IMG/VR virus record: IMGVR_UViG_3300018059_000546
Direction: 5' to 3' (one strand)
Length of the DNA stretch: 64,000 nucleotides
Origin: a virus
Below, piece after piece: positions 29,620 through 39,882 of this stretch. The notes under the pieces are model-generated. The model saw only the letters and a list, made by a program, of their open reading frames with translations. It searched no databases and was not told the origin of the DNA. Position 1 is the first letter of the stretch. Each line of letters opens with the position of its first letter. The position numbers were made by a program, and so were the translations under genes.

Positions 29620-30682
29620 CAATGCTTCCTTGGGTGATACGCCCGTCGGCAACACCGCTAATCGTATCAACTTTTCTAGCAGGACTAAAATCCCCCAACT
29701 TTCTAAGTTCTTGCAGCTGCCTTCCCACAAGGTCACGACGTGCCTCTTGGCTCATCCCCTTCAGATACGTTACTTTACCAATGACATCGTTCGGAGAATC
29801 GATCAGCCAGTCACCCAGGCCCACCGGCGCAAGGTGCTTGTGTTCGACCGGAGTGAGACACGGAATTCCTGTGAGAATCGATTCGTAGATACGAGAAGTG
29901 ACGAACCCGTGTTCGTAGTACTCCTTCTTTGCAAGGTTCGTCGTGCAAATGGAATTTGCCATCATGCGCATGCCGTCCCTGTACGAGAGGCGGGGGCCGA
30001 AATCAACGCACTTGAACTTTCTGAGGATCTCTTCGGGAGATTCTCTTTCACTGGATCTCTCGAGCCAGTTGCCGTGAACTAACGTTTGAATGCCGCGGTC
30101 TCTGAGCTCAACCGCGCAAGCGCCGTAGTACTTCAAGAACTGATCTGTTCTCTCGTAATTGTTACCCAAGTAGCAGTAAGCGATCGGACTGACCGGGGTG
30201 TCGTAGTACGGAACGAAGTCCGTGACCCAATTGAGGCGTATTCTTTTACGGAGGATATGGCTGTGGGAGACCGTCGGTTCACCGATGATCATCCTATTCC
30301 ATCGGAACTCGTCTTCTGGTCTAATCTTCATATCCGTATCAAAGACGATGATGGGTGTCCCGCGTTTATGGTACTCGTTCATCAGCTGGGTCTGACGACT
30401 CCAGTCCGTATCGACGGGATTGGGACCGCTGTTCCGAGCCATCGGCCATCTCCATTCGAAATACGCCACGTCTACTTCGGGTACCTCAACCGATTCGTAA
30501 GTCACTCCCGGATACGGGACAGCTTCTCGACGATCTTGAACAAGGACGAGAGAATGACCTCTCTTCTTGAATTCTTCGACGAGGAGATGTCGTTCTCCGA
30601 CAGCCGAGAAAAGGGTGGTAGCGGTTCCAGCAGCAGCCTCGGGCTTTAGAAGCTCCCCCCAAAATGCGAACGCGATTTTCAT
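29600..30682 (-). CDS. GT-B glycosyltransferase resembling T4 DNA beta-glucosyltransferase
   Basis: MKIAF start; C-terminal ICTTNLAKKEYYEHGFVTSRIYESIL parallels BGT IIGDKNYNDNFITLRVWETMA. Confidence 0.75.
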   Translation of the reverse strand: MKIAFAFWGELLKPEAAAGTATTLFSAVGERHLLVEEFKKRGHSLVLVQDRREAVPYPGVTYESVEVPEVDVAYFEWRWPMARNSGPNPVDTDWSRQTQLMNEYHKRGTPIIVFDTDMKIRPEDEFRWNRMIIGEPTVSHSHILRKRIRLNWVTDFVPYYDTPVSPIAYCYLGNNYERTDQFLKYYGACAVELRDRGIQTLVHGNWLERSSERESPEEILRKFKCVDFGPRLSYRDGMRMMANSICTTNLAKKEYYEHGFVTSRIYESILTGIPCLTPVEHKHLAPVGLGDWLIDSPNDVIGKVTYLKGMSQEARRDLVGRQLQELRKLGDFSPARKVDTISGVADGRITQGSIDAGKIE

Positions 30683-30900
30683 TTCTTTTCCTCGTACACA
30701 ATTTCCATATCGGTCGTTACAACGCATCTTTCGATGTCGTCCAGCTCTCCTCCCCAACCTGAGAAGAGAAATTCTGGGTGTTCACCCGTTAGTTCGAAGT
30801 AGGCTCGTTTGATTGCTTGACGCATCGGTTGATCAGAACCAGGTGGGAGCTTAGAACTATCCACTTCTCCAATCTTACACGTCCAGATGTTTTTCTTCAT
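30679..30900 (-). CDS. hypothetical protein
   Basis: Coupled; WTCKIG..FLFSGWG. Confidence 0.6.
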   Translation of the reverse strand: MKKNIWTCKIGEVDSSKLPPGSDQPMRQAIKRAYFELTGEHPEFLFSGWGGELDDIERCVVTTDMEIVYEEKK

Positions 30901-31238
30901 TTTGATTCTTCTGCGATCTCGTATCCGACGCTTTTGAGAGCCTCAGCGTGGCTCAGTCCACCCCTGTAACCCCCGAGTTCTTGAAATTCAGCAATCTCTC
31001 CCGATGGGTCGCAAGGAAAAATGAGAGTTTCGGGTTCGATATCTAATCGCATGCCAGAATACGATTTCGGAACTTTGAGAGCGGCCGTGAGAGAATTCGA
31101 GAGGGCGTTTATCTCTTCCATATTGGCAGCTGAAACGCAGACAAATTCGTGACCATCCAAAGGAGGAGACACGAGAAAGACCCTTCCGTCAGCTTTGGGA
31201 GTTTTCCTGATGATTCCGGTGAAGATGGCTTTGTTCAT
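30897..31238 (-). CDS. hypothetical protein
   Basis: Start revised to 31238 (ATGA). Confidence 0.6.
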   Translation of the reverse strand: MNKAIFTGIIRKTPKADGRVFLVSPPLDGHEFVCVSAANMEEINALSNSLTAALKVPKSYSGMRLDIEPETLIFPCDPSGEIAEFQELGGYRGGLSHAEALKSVGYEIAEESK

Positions 31239-31372
31239 TTCGATCTCCCGCACATTTTGCAAGTCTTCTTGTGGCATTCGTACATTGCCTTAGTTCTTGT
31301 AGCGTAGAAATACGCACCAATGATTGCTAACCACACCAACCCACCGAAGTAGGGTTTCAACAATTCGATCAT
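31235..31372 (-). CDS. 45-aa membrane protein (not in ORF track)
   Basis: MIELLKPYFGGLVWLAIIGAYFY...CHKKTCKMCG; ATGA overlaps at both ends. Confidence 0.6.
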   Translation of the reverse strand: MIELLKPYFGGLVWLAIIGAYFYATRTKAMYECHKKTCKMCGRSK

Positions 31373-31560
31373 TTCTTAGAACCTTTTCCAATGAGCCTGA
31401 GGGCTTCTGTCGCAATAGAGTCGTCGAACTTCGTGTCGAATTCGATCGTGTCCTGAAATTGCATTTCGATGCCATCGTAGACAGCTATGTGTACGGTCAC
31501 TTCGTACCAGTTCGAATGTTTCACAGATCGGACGGCATGTCCTTTCATGGGAATGATCAT
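31369..31560 (-). CDS. hypothetical protein
   Basis: ATGA-coupled to dnaE. Confidence 0.55.
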   Translation of the reverse strand: MIIPMKGHAVRSVKHSNWYEVTVHIAVYDGIEMQFQDTIEFDTKFDDSIATEALRLIGKGSKK

Positions 31561-34500
31561 GCTACTTCGCTTCTTGTTAGGGTCGTAAGTTCCATCAGAT
31601 CCTTCTTGAGCGTGAAACCGAAGTCCGTCTTCTCGACGACCGCGATGTACGCAGTGTTGTTCTTAGGGATGTCATTCTCGTTGGTGAGGTTCCAACAGAA
31701 CATCCTATTGATCATCCCGTTCTCTCCCACGATGTCAAGTCGAACGTAGGGTTTCGAAGTTGCCTTGGTGTAGCACATCGACCCCTTCATGACGATGAAC
31801 CAAGCCGCTTTGCGCTTGCCATCCGTGGGAACATCATCGATAGAGTGAATGCCTTTATCGAGGAGTAAGCTCCGCATGTCAGGAGATACCAGAGAAAGAG
31901 GAGACACACTTCCGCTGAGTTCTCGATGGAACTCGGCTTTTTCCTGCGGAGCCCAATCCGGAATTTCTCTTGTCTGCATGATGAACTTCTCAAGACGATC
32001 CTTCGGTTCGAGAGAACGATCAGGGGCAGACAAGTCGGGTCCCGTCCCGGGGGCGTATATCTTCGGTTTTTTCAGCTTCTTAGCCTTCAACCCTTCCATG
32101 TTCTCCACGAGAACATGGTGCATGTGACGGTAGTGGACAAATGGTTTACCCTTTCCGACGAGATCTATCGAATCGAACGCCTCAACCTTGATGAGTCCGT
32201 CAAGAACTCTCTTGTTGAACTTCGAATGCTTCCACTCACCGGTCTCTGTCCACAGGAGATCGTTCACATCCTTGTAGGGACGCAACCTTTCAATCTCTTC
32301 GACAGCGGCTTCACCGACGCCTTTCAAGGATGTGAACGACGGATAGAAAGTGTCTCCGCTCTTAGAGAGAGTCCAATCGTTTCCCGATTCGTTGATATCA
32401 ACCTTGCCGATCTTGTAACTGAGCTTACGAACGTCTGTAGAAGCTCTCGCCTTCGATTCGTCATCGTTGGACATCGATTGCAGGTATGTGCAGAGCCATT
32501 CAGGTTCGTAGTACGTCATGAGCCACGCGCACTGGTAGGAAAGCACAGAGTACGTCAAGCTGTGGGAATAGTTGAATGCGTACTTTGCGAACGCTGCGAT
32601 ATCGTCGAACAACTTCTGTGCGATTTTCTCTTCGAGACCGTTCGCAATCGCTCCTGTGACGAACTGTTTTCCAAGTTCGATAGCTTCTAGGGCCTTCGAG
32701 TCGATCTTGTCGACAGACCTCTTCAGAAGAGCCTTGCGAAGTTTGTCGCAATCTCCATGTGACATTCCTGCGAGTTGGTTCGCAAGCTGGATGATCTGCT
32801 CCTGATAGACGATAAATCCGAACGTGGTCTCCAACAAACTGTCGATGACAGGGTGGTCGTACTTCTTGATTTCTTTCTCTCGACGAGCCTTGATGATGAG
32901 CTTGTCGACTTTCGCTGCGAGCGGTCCGGGACGGTAGATCGCAGTGGCCATCGAAAGATCCTGCACGTTTCGAGGAGCGAAATCGTGGATGTACTTCTGG
33001 GTCTGAGGATTTGTGTACTGAAAGATGCCGGCGAATCTTCTAGTTTCGAACACGTGGTCGTAGACCTTCGGGTCGGACATCTCTCCGAGAGCCGCAGGGT
33101 GCAAGTTCTTCTCGTACCATGACTTGATATCTTCCCATGTGGGATTCGGATTGTTATGATGCCTCCGCAGGATCATCCTGATAGTATCTTCAAGCATCCG
33201 CAAAGTCTCAATACCGAGAATGTCGCTCTTCACGAATCCAAGCGGTTCGAGGCAGTGCATGTTCATGCCCTCGGGCCAAGGAGATCTCACCTCTCCCTTG
33301 ATGAAGATCAGGGGCATCTTTTCATCGAGGTCCTCGCAAATGACGACGCCCGAGGCGTGCTTTCCGATCGCTCGATTCTGCTTGTACAAAATCTTGATTG
33401 GTGCAGCTACTTGCGGATACTTGCCCATGAAGTCCCTGAATTTCTCGGAGAACTCCATGCAATCGTCGAACTTCAAGGAAAACAAGCTCTTGTTTTCTCC
33501 GTCGTTCGCTTTTGGCATCACCTCTTCGAGAAGATCTTTTGTGACATCGTTGACCTCTTCAAAGTCAATTCCATGAAGTTTTGAAAGATCCTTCACCAGA
33601 GACTTCAACTGAAGCGTGAGGAAGTTAGAAATCGGAACGACGTTTCTGGTTCCTGCTTTGTCTCTCAGGAGATCGAGAAGCTTGTTTCTATCAGAAACGT
33701 CGTTATCGATATCGGGCGTGTCGTTACGAGCGGGACTGATGAATCGTTCGAACATCAATCCGTACTTCAGGGGATCGATCTGCGTGATTCCCAAAACGTA
33801 ATTGACCAACGAACCGGCTCCAGAACCTCGGCCTGCACCGACGAGCATGTTATCGTAGGCGATATCCATGATGATCTTGGTGAGGAGAAAGTACTGCGAG
33901 AAATTCTTGTCCTTGATGATCGTCAGCTCGTACTTGAGCCGCTGCATGTACTCCTTTTTGCCCCAGAGATTTTTCTGTTGCATTCCGGTCTTGCAGTTCT
34001 CGTACAACGCTTCGAATGGCATTTGCCCAGGTGGGACGACGAACGATGGAAGTTTAATTCCCGTGTCCATCTTGATCGGATTGATCATATCATGGGCGAT
34101 GTCGTGCGTACGTTCGATCGCAGCGCGGACAGTTTCATCATCGTAGAACGGCATACCATTACAGTACTCGTTGTACGAATCCCACATCTGCCCAGCATTC
34201 TTCGGGTACAGCTCGCACTTCAACGCTTCCTTGGACTTGGGAAGCATATCAGGATTGATCTCTTCGTATCGAAGGCGACCCAACTTCTTGTAGATCTCTC
34301 TTTCGAGCCACAGTTCAGGTCGGCAGTAGTGAGAATCAGCTGCGGCAGTGAGTTTGATTCCCGTCTTGTTAGACATCTCAATGAGAGCCCGATTGACAAG
34401 ATGTTGCGGAGCGAGTTTATTGAACTGCAGCTCGGCGAATACGTTTTCTTCACCGACAGCGTCAACGATGGGATCGAATGCTCTTGCGAGTTCTTCCTGA

Positions 34501-35174
34501 ACCTCTCTCATCTTGGACGGATCGTCCAACAGCTCATGTTTGAGCTCGTCGAAAGGAACACCCTGGAACTTATCTAAGGTAGCGTACGCTCCGAAACCAC
34601 CGATGCACGCCGAGGTCACGATGATATCTTCGCCGTGCTCTTTCAACATCTTAGCATCGATTCGAGGAAACCTGTACATGCCCTCGATGTTAGCTCTTGA
34701 AACTAGCTTGAAGAGATTTTGGCGACCCTTGTCACTCTTAGCGAGGAGCACCATGTGGTGGCGTCTATTGACAGGATCTCTCCACTTGGAAACGTTCTTC
34801 GTTTCGTCTTCGTTCTCTGTCGTAGAGGCGTCGCTCTCATCGGATTCTTTAGCAAGTTTCTTCGACTCTTTCTTCGCGTCCTTCTTAGCTTCTTCCTTCT
34901 CGAACTTCTGCTTGCGCCAGTCTTCGAGACTCGGATGGTAGTACGCCTCGCATCCTGCGATTTGTTTGAACTCCCTTCCCTTCTTTTTCAGATCTTCAGA
35001 CTTGAGATAAGCCTGCGCAAAGGAGTTACAATTCCCATGTTCTGTGAAAGCCATCGCATCCATCCCGTTTTCAAGACAGAAGTCGATGTGCTCCTCAACG
35101 GGCCCGAGCCCATCGCTGATCGAGGCATGTGTGTGGCTGTGGAGATTAACGAACCTCTTCGGACTATCGCTCAA
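31557..35174 (-). CDS. dnaE: DNA polymerase III alpha subunit (family C)
   Basis: PHP LHSHT..S..DG, GRGSGAGSLV, FERF, PDIDND, KSDILG, VYQEQ, YAFN.SH. Confidence 0.96.
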   Translation of the reverse strand: MSDSPKRFVNLHSHTHASISDGLGPVEEHIDFCLENGMDAMAFTEHGNCNSFAQAYLKSEDLKKKGREFKQIAGCEAYYHPSLEDWRKQKFEKEEAKKDAKKESKKLAKESDESDASTTENEDETKNVSKWRDPVNRRHHMVLLAKSDKGRQNLFKLVSRANIEGMYRFPRIDAKMLKEHGEDIIVTSACIGGFGAYATLDKFQGVPFDELKHELLDDPSKMREVQEELARAFDPIVDAVGEENVFAELQFNKLAPQHLVNRALIEMSNKTGIKLTAAADSHYCRPELWLEREIYKKLGRLRYEEINPDMLPKSKEALKCELYPKNAGQMWDSYNEYCNGMPFYDDETVRAAIERTHDIAHDMINPIKMDTGIKLPSFVVPPGQMPFEALYENCKTGMQQKNLWGKKEYMQRLKYELTIIKDKNFSQYFLLTKIIMDIAYDNMLVGAGRGSGAGSLVNYVLGITQIDPLKYGLMFERFISPARNDTPDIDNDVSDRNKLLDLLRDKAGTRNVVPISNFLTLQLKSLVKDLSKLHGIDFEEVNDVTKDLLEEVMPKANDGENKSLFSLKFDDCMEFSEKFRDFMGKYPQVAAPIKILYKQNRAIGKHASGVVICEDLDEKMPLIFIKGEVRSPWPEGMNMHCLEPLGFVKSDILGIETLRMLEDTIRMILRRHHNNPNPTWEDIKSWYEKNLHPAALGEMSDPKVYDHVFETRRFAGIFQYTNPQTQKYIHDFAPRNVQDLSMATAIYRPGPLAAKVDKLIIKARREKEIKKYDHPVIDSLLETTFGFIVYQEQIIQLANQLAGMSHGDCDKLRKALLKRSVDKIDSKALEAIELGKQFVTGAIANGLEEKIAQKLFDDIAAFAKYAFNYSHSLTYSVLSYQCAWLMTYYEPEWLCTYLQSMSNDDESKARASTDVRKLSYKIGKVDINESGNDWTLSKSGDTFYPSFTSLKGVGEAAVEEIERLRPYKDVNDLLWTETGEWKHSKFNKRVLDGLIKVEAFDSIDLVGKGKPFVHYRHMHHVLVENMEGLKAKKLKKPKIYAPGTGPDLSAPDRSLEPKDRLEKFIMQTREIPDWAPQEKAEFHRELSGSVSPLSLVSPDMRSLLLDKGIHSIDDVPTDGKRKAAWFIVMKGSMCYTKATSKPYVRLDIVGENGMINRMFCWNLTNENDIPKNNTAYIAVVEKTDFGFTLKKDLMELTTLTRSEVA

Positions 35175-35425
35175 TTATTCTCTCCCAAAATTTCCCATCG
35201 TGTAGATTCACTGTGGCTGTCGTGAACATGGTACACCCTGCCCGACATGAACATGAAGTGATCTTCACCATCGCCCCCAAGGTACAGTGCCTCGAGCCCG
35301 CCTGCATGGATCAGATCAGTTGACCCGAATGTCTCTTGACGAGCAACCCACATATGACCTATCCTACAGCGTACTAGGTCTCCAGTACCTAGCTCATCCA
35401 AGTAGTAGACTTTTTTCGCCGCCAC
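35171..35425 (-). CDS. hypothetical protein
   Basis: Coupled to dnaE. Confidence 0.55.
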   Translation of the reverse strand: MAAKKVYYLDELGTGDLVRCRIGHMWVARQETFGSTDLIHAGGLEALYLGGDGEDHFMFMSGRVYHVHDSHSESTRWEILGENN

Positions 35426-35470
35426 ACTCTAAAGGTATGCTAAAAACGTCAAAACAACCGTCTTAAAGAA

Positions 35471-36463
35471 TCAGAAATTCTGATCGAGCTCGATCGAAAA
35501 ATAGTCGATCGTACGCCTGATTCCTTCTTCGAAGGAAATCTCCGGATTCCAGCCTAGAACTTCTTGAGCAACTTTGATCGTAGGATTCCTACGCTTAGGA
35601 TCGTCCTGTGGAAGCGGGAGATAGGTCACCTTCGAAGTGGAACACATCGTTCGAACGATGAACTCGGCAGCTTCTCCAATTGTTCTTTCTTGCGGGTTTC
35701 CAAGGTTGATCGGAAAAGAATGCGGTTCGTCCTTGTGGAGGTAAGAGATGATTCCTCGAACGAGGTCGTCCACGTAGCAAAAACTCCTAGTTTGGGTTCC
35801 GTCTCCGTAGATCGTGATATCTTGTCCACAGAGAGCTTGGACCACGAAATTAGAAACTACTCGACCATCGTCGACCTGCATTCGCGGTCCGAAAGTATTG
35901 AATATCCGAACGACTCGTACATCGTGCCCCCTTTGAAGATGTTCGTAGCAGATAGTTTCTGCGACGCGCTTCCCTTCGTCGTAATTCGCTCGCGGACCCC
36001 ACGTATTGACGTGACCCTTGTACGATTCCTCCTGCGGATGAACCTCAGGATCTCCGTAGATTTCGCTCGTAGAAGCGTGAAGAACTCTGGAACCCAGGGC
36101 TGCGAACTTCATCGCAGTTTTCGTGCCCACGTAGCATGTATCCAGAGTTCCCATCGGGTCTTTTTGGTAGGCGACTGGTGAAGCGGGACAGGCGAGATTG
36201 AAATATGCGAAGGGTGCTTCACCTCGAGTGAAAGCTAGAACCTTTTCAACCAGAGTGGGTGAACACACATTCTCTTGGATCGTCCACAGAATTTGTCCCT
36301 TCGCAGATGCGAGAATAGATGCTTCGTCAAGATTCTTCCATCGACCTGTGCAGAGATTATCCACGCAGACGACATCGAAACCTTGTTCTATGAGAGAAAG
36401 AGTCAAGTGACTGCCGATGAATCCGGCTGCGCCGGCGATGACCGCGATTTTTCTAGAACTCAA
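35471..36463 (-). CDS. UDP-glucuronate decarboxylase (UDP-xylose synthase family)
   Basis: GAAGFIGSHL, NLACPASP..YQ.DP, STSEIYGDP, GPRANYDEGKR, RIFNTFGPRM..DDGRVVSNF, DDPKRR. Confidence 0.93.
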   Translation of the reverse strand: MSSRKIAVIAGAAGFIGSHLTLSLIEQGFDVVCVDNLCTGRWKNLDEASILASAKGQILWTIQENVCSPTLVEKVLAFTRGEAPFAYFNLACPASPVAYQKDPMGTLDTCYVGTKTAMKFAALGSRVLHASTSEIYGDPEVHPQEESYKGHVNTWGPRANYDEGKRVAETICYEHLQRGHDVRVVRIFNTFGPRMQVDDGRVVSNFVVQALCGQDITIYGDGTQTRSFCYVDDLVRGIISYLHKDEPHSFPINLGNPQERTIGEAAEFIVRTMCSTSKVTYLPLPQDDPKRRNPTIKVAQEVLGWNPEISFEEGIRRTIDYFSIELDQNF

Positions 36464-36957
36464 GATACCTCTTCGAGAAACCATCTAGATCTCGATTCGC
36501 CGATGGATTTCATCTGTTCTCGAAAGATCTGTCCTCGAATCATGAGGAACACGTGCGAATCAGACGTACTCGGAACCGATTTGCGACCAACGCAAGTGAC
36601 AATTTCGCCCGCGACCAGCGTCTGCCGTTGAATTTCTATCGCTCCAGCAAATGGAGGGCAATCTTTGACCTTGTAGGAGTTACCCAAACGAAACTTTTGC
36701 TTCACATCTACATCCTCTCGAAGAAAATGAATAAGATTGTCTCTCTCACCATTCTTGAGCCTGACCATGGAGTTGCCGAAGCTCCCGTTCATGATGTTGA
36801 GGTAAGCTTCCAGGAAATCCTCGTCTGTGAAGTTGCCCTTCAGGATCGTCGCTATTTCCCTGGCTTCGGAACAGTACTCGTCGAAGGGAGCTCCCATGTG
36901 GATCAAACCCATGGGGTCGACCAACGCGATCGCTCGTTCAATCTTATCAGGTGTCAC
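36460..36957 (-). CDS. hypothetical protein
   Basis: DPMGLI..GAP.DEY..EA motif; coupled. Confidence 0.6.
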   Translation of the reverse strand: MTPDKIERAIALVDPMGLIHMGAPFDEYCSEAREIATILKGNFTDEDFLEAYLNIMNGSFGNSMVRLKNGERDNLIHFLREDVDVKQKFRLGNSYKVKDCPPFAGAIEIQRQTLVAGEIVTCVGRKSVPSTSDSHVFLMIRGQIFREQMKSIGESRSRWFLEEVS

Positions 36958-36986
36958 AGACAGAATGTACTATGGTTCGAGCGGAA

Positions 36987-37634
36987 TTATCCGCCCATAC
37001 GTTGTTTCAACAGGTAGATTGAAGCTTCGTGGTTGTCAGCCAGACCCTGGAGGAAATTGTCCACCCCCAAAGAAAGGGTGCCGTTCGTTTCCATGCGCTT
37101 GTACAGAAGTTCGAGTATTCCGAGGAAGTGCATTTCTGCCTCGTAGGACCTCTGAGTTAGGTCGTTGGAGGTCGGCATTTCGGAGAGGTTGGAACACATG
37201 GCTTCTACAACGAGTGCTTCATGCGTCACCTGTTGCACGGGATGGATCATCATCATACTCGACGTGCCGATAGCTTTCTCTGCAACCTTATCGACTTCTT
37301 CATTCGTACTATTGTACAGACGTTCGAACAAAAGATGGTCACCGTAGAATGTATCTGCCGTCGCGGTCCAATGGCCAACCTGGTGAACGAAAGCCAGGGC
37401 TCTCACGCATGACAGAAGGATGGGAAGCTCGCAAGCCTCCGTACCATCGTAATCGACGATCATCTGCTCAAGAAGAGCTTCGTGATTTACGGACTCTGTG
37501 ACAATCTTGAAACTGAGTGTCTCAACGATCTTCTTAGAAGTATTTCGTGTACCATTTCGGGTCGGCATAATATTGCGCTTTCGTTTCCGGATCGGCTTCG
37601 CCGAACTCGTCCTGTTCCTTCTCGGCATGACCAA
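36987..37634 (-). CDS. ferritin/Dps-like protein
   Basis: HQVGHW...FYGDHLLFERLY...DKVAEK; start probably downstream of 37634. Confidence 0.8.
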   Translation of the reverse strand: MVMPRRNRTSSAKPIRKRKRNIMPTRNGTRNTSKKIVETLSFKIVTESVNHEALLEQMIVDYDGTEACELPILLSCVRALAFVHQVGHWTATADTFYGDHLLFERLYNSTNEEVDKVAEKAIGTSSMMMIHPVQQVTHEALVVEAMCSNLSEMPTSNDLTQRSYEAEMHFLGILELLYKRMETNGTLSLGVDNFLQGLADNHEASIYLLKQRMGG

Positions 37635-37923
37635 GTTCAGATTCTAGGTCTTCTTGGTCGATTTCGATTCCCGTCAACTTTCGTTGACGATTTGAGATGT
37701 CTGCGGTCAGCCTACGAATATCCGGATGTTCTTCTCTGGACCTAGCATCCTTGTAGGCTCGGCGGGTCATGTTTGTGAACTGATCACTGTCGAATTCGGC
37801 CTCAATGTCGTCGGGATCTGTCGATGGACGGGTGAAATTGACCATGCCCTCACCATCGTCCGTAGCGATCGGACCCAGTTCTAAAAGAGCCTGGACATAC
37901 TCTTTGATCAGGTCTCTGATCAC
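37534..37923 (-). CDS. acidic hypothetical protein with IRDLIKEY motif
   Basis: GTGA-coupled. Confidence 0.6.
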   Translation of the reverse strand: MIRDLIKEYVQALLELGPIATDDGEGMVNFTRPSTDPDDIEAEFDSDQFTNMTRRAYKDARSREEHPDIRRLTADISNRQRKLTGIEIDQEDLESELGHAEKEQDEFGEADPETKAQYYADPKWYTKYF

Positions 37924-38120
37924 TTCATCAACCCCATGGTCTTCAAAAAGTGGGAGATTTTCGAACGAGCATCGTCAGAAACCATCGTTCCTGGCTCATC
38001 CAGCATCAGAGAATCATCCGTTCCCTGCATCCAACGGTCATCCTTTTCTCGTTCGGATCTCTTCTTGGTTTCATCCAGGAGCTCTCTAAACAAGGAACGG
38101 AAGTTTTGACGGGTGCCCAC
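37920..38120 (-). CDS. hypothetical protein with FRSLFRELLDE motif
   Basis: TACTTA motif 4 nt upstream. Confidence 0.6.
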   Translation of the reverse strand: MGTRQNFRSLFRELLDETKKRSEREKDDRWMQGTDDSLMLDEPGTMVSDDARSKISHFLKTMGLMK

Positions 38121-38134
38121 AATCTAAGTATGGA

Positions 38135-39079
38135 TCAAATGAGACCGAGTAGCGTATCGATGTAAGGATCAGAAGACTTCGCAGACGATTCCGTGTAACC
38201 GTAGGGTAAATCGTATTCCTTCGCCCTGGTGGTGCTGTACGACACTCTCATTTCTGAGAGTTCTGTCTCTTTCTTTTGGAGGCAGCCCAATTGCTCGCTG
38301 GTGAACACCTCGCATGCTATCACACCACCTCGAGGGGGCCCCACATGGATAAAACGCGACAAGTATGTCTCGGCCCTACAGACAGCCCTGAATGAAGGGT
38401 TGTATTCCTTGTCGAACTCTTGTAGGGTGCTCTTCGTCTGGAGCACCAGAGACTTCCCGTGCTCGATCCCCTTGTCTGCGACAGTGTTTAGGTCCGAATA
38501 AAGTCGCTCGCGGATGGCGACGTCGATGGTGTAGTAGCCCTTTTTGAGGTATTTGGACACCCGAGACATGAAAAACGGACTATCTCCGTTAAGAAGGCTC
38601 AATTTCTTTTGTTCGCAAAGGGCTGGTACAGCCTTGTGATACCAAAAGCCCTTTCCGTCGAAAGCTACGGCGCAATTCGTGAAATCGAACTTCGAAATGA
38701 TCTCGACGGGAGTTCCCGTTCGGAACATGATGACCTGCAACTGCGGGCCACCGTCGGTGATATCGAGATCGATCGCATTCCTTCCGAAGGAGGGCCGGAA
38801 AGAAATGTTCCGATCCACGGCGGCAGTTGACAGGTAGACGTCGAGAGATTCTTGATTCGGGAACCACAGATCGACGTCCTTCCACAATCCGTAGCGAATC
38901 GAATTTCGATTTTTTCCTGTGGTCCTAGCTTCGAGTAGAGAAATGGCTGCGCCACCAGCGATGACAGCTCCCAAAGAAATAGCGAGGCGGATCATGTTGG
39001 CAGTAGTCTCATGCCTCGAAAAAGTATCAAGCATGGACAATAGAACTGTTTCATCGGGAAGAAATTCGTAATCGCTCAC
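38135..39079 (-). CDS. nucleotidyltransferase-superfamily protein (CCA/poly(A) polymerase-like head)
   Basis: IAGGA, KDVDLWF, FDFTNCAVAFD, RVSKYLKKGY. Confidence 0.75.
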   Translation of the reverse strand: MSDYEFLPDETVLLSMLDTFSRHETTANMIRLAISLGAVIAGGAAISLLEARTTGKNRNSIRYGLWKDVDLWFPNQESLDVYLSTAAVDRNISFRPSFGRNAIDLDITDGGPQLQVIMFRTGTPVEIISKFDFTNCAVAFDGKGFWYHKAVPALCEQKKLSLLNGDSPFFMSRVSKYLKKGYYTIDVAIRERLYSDLNTVADKGIEHGKSLVLQTKSTLQEFDKEYNPSFRAVCRAETYLSRFIHVGPPRGGVIACEVFTSEQLGCLQKKETELSEMRVSYSTTRAKEYDLPYGYTESSAKSSDPYIDTLLGLI

Positions 39080-39882
39080 TCTGTGACTCCGATCATATTG
39101 CTGTCTGGAGAACCGTAGTCAGAATTTCCGACGACAACTCTCAGGTTAGGGCGAATCGCTATGTCTGAAAAGGAATGTGTGTGGCCACACAGAACCGTGA
39201 AATTGATTGCGGGATGTTTTTCTGAAAGAAGAGACAAAGCTTCTCCCATCATCCTTGATGAGTACCACGGCAACGCGTGCTCATGTGTGCGTTGTCCCCT
39301 GTAGAAGCAAGATTCTGCGAAGGGAGGAAAATGGGTGAGCATGATGATTTTAGTTCGTCCATCATCGATCGCTTTGTTGCATGCATTTTCGATGTGGGTC
39401 ACAGCGCCTGCTGCGAGCTTTCGCGCGGTCGACACGACATTGTGAAGATTGCCACTGAACTCTTCGGTTCTAAACCAATCATTCATTACGAACCGAGACT
39501 TCTTAGGATCTCCGTTCAGCGCGTCGTACCATCCGTCATGGCCGACCAACGCAATGCTCTCTCCGAATGGGACGTACTCCACTCCGCCCAACCAAACGAT
39601 CCCATCCTTTGCAAGATCGCCTTTCAAAATTTCTTTACGAATTTCTACAATAGAACCATCCCAAAAATCGTGGTTTCCACAAACGAACCACAATGGCATT
39701 TCAAGATGTTCTCGAAGAGTTCGTAAACTTGCAAAAAGGATCGGTGCTAACGCAATGTCACCCGTTATAAGGACACCTTCGCAATCAATATTGTTTTGCT
39801 TGACTTTTTGACACCATTCAATGATTTGAGACTGGCCTAAACAATCAAGATGAATGTCTGTCATCCAAACAAATTTCGCCAT
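39076..39882 (-). CDS. calcineurin-like metallophosphoesterase
   Basis: TDIH, TGDI, GNHD, THFPP, GHTH. Confidence 0.92.
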   Translation of the reverse strand: MAKFVWMTDIHLDCLGQSQIIEWCQKVKQNNIDCEGVLITGDIALAPILFASLRTLREHLEMPLWFVCGNHDFWDGSIVEIRKEILKGDLAKDGIVWLGGVEYVPFGESIALVGHDGWYDALNGDPKKSRFVMNDWFRTEEFSGNLHNVVSTARKLAAGAVTHIENACNKAIDDGRTKIIMLTHFPPFAESCFYRGQRTHEHALPWYSSRMMGEALSLLSEKHPAINFTVLCGHTHSFSDIAIRPNLRVVVGNSDYGSPDSNMIGVTE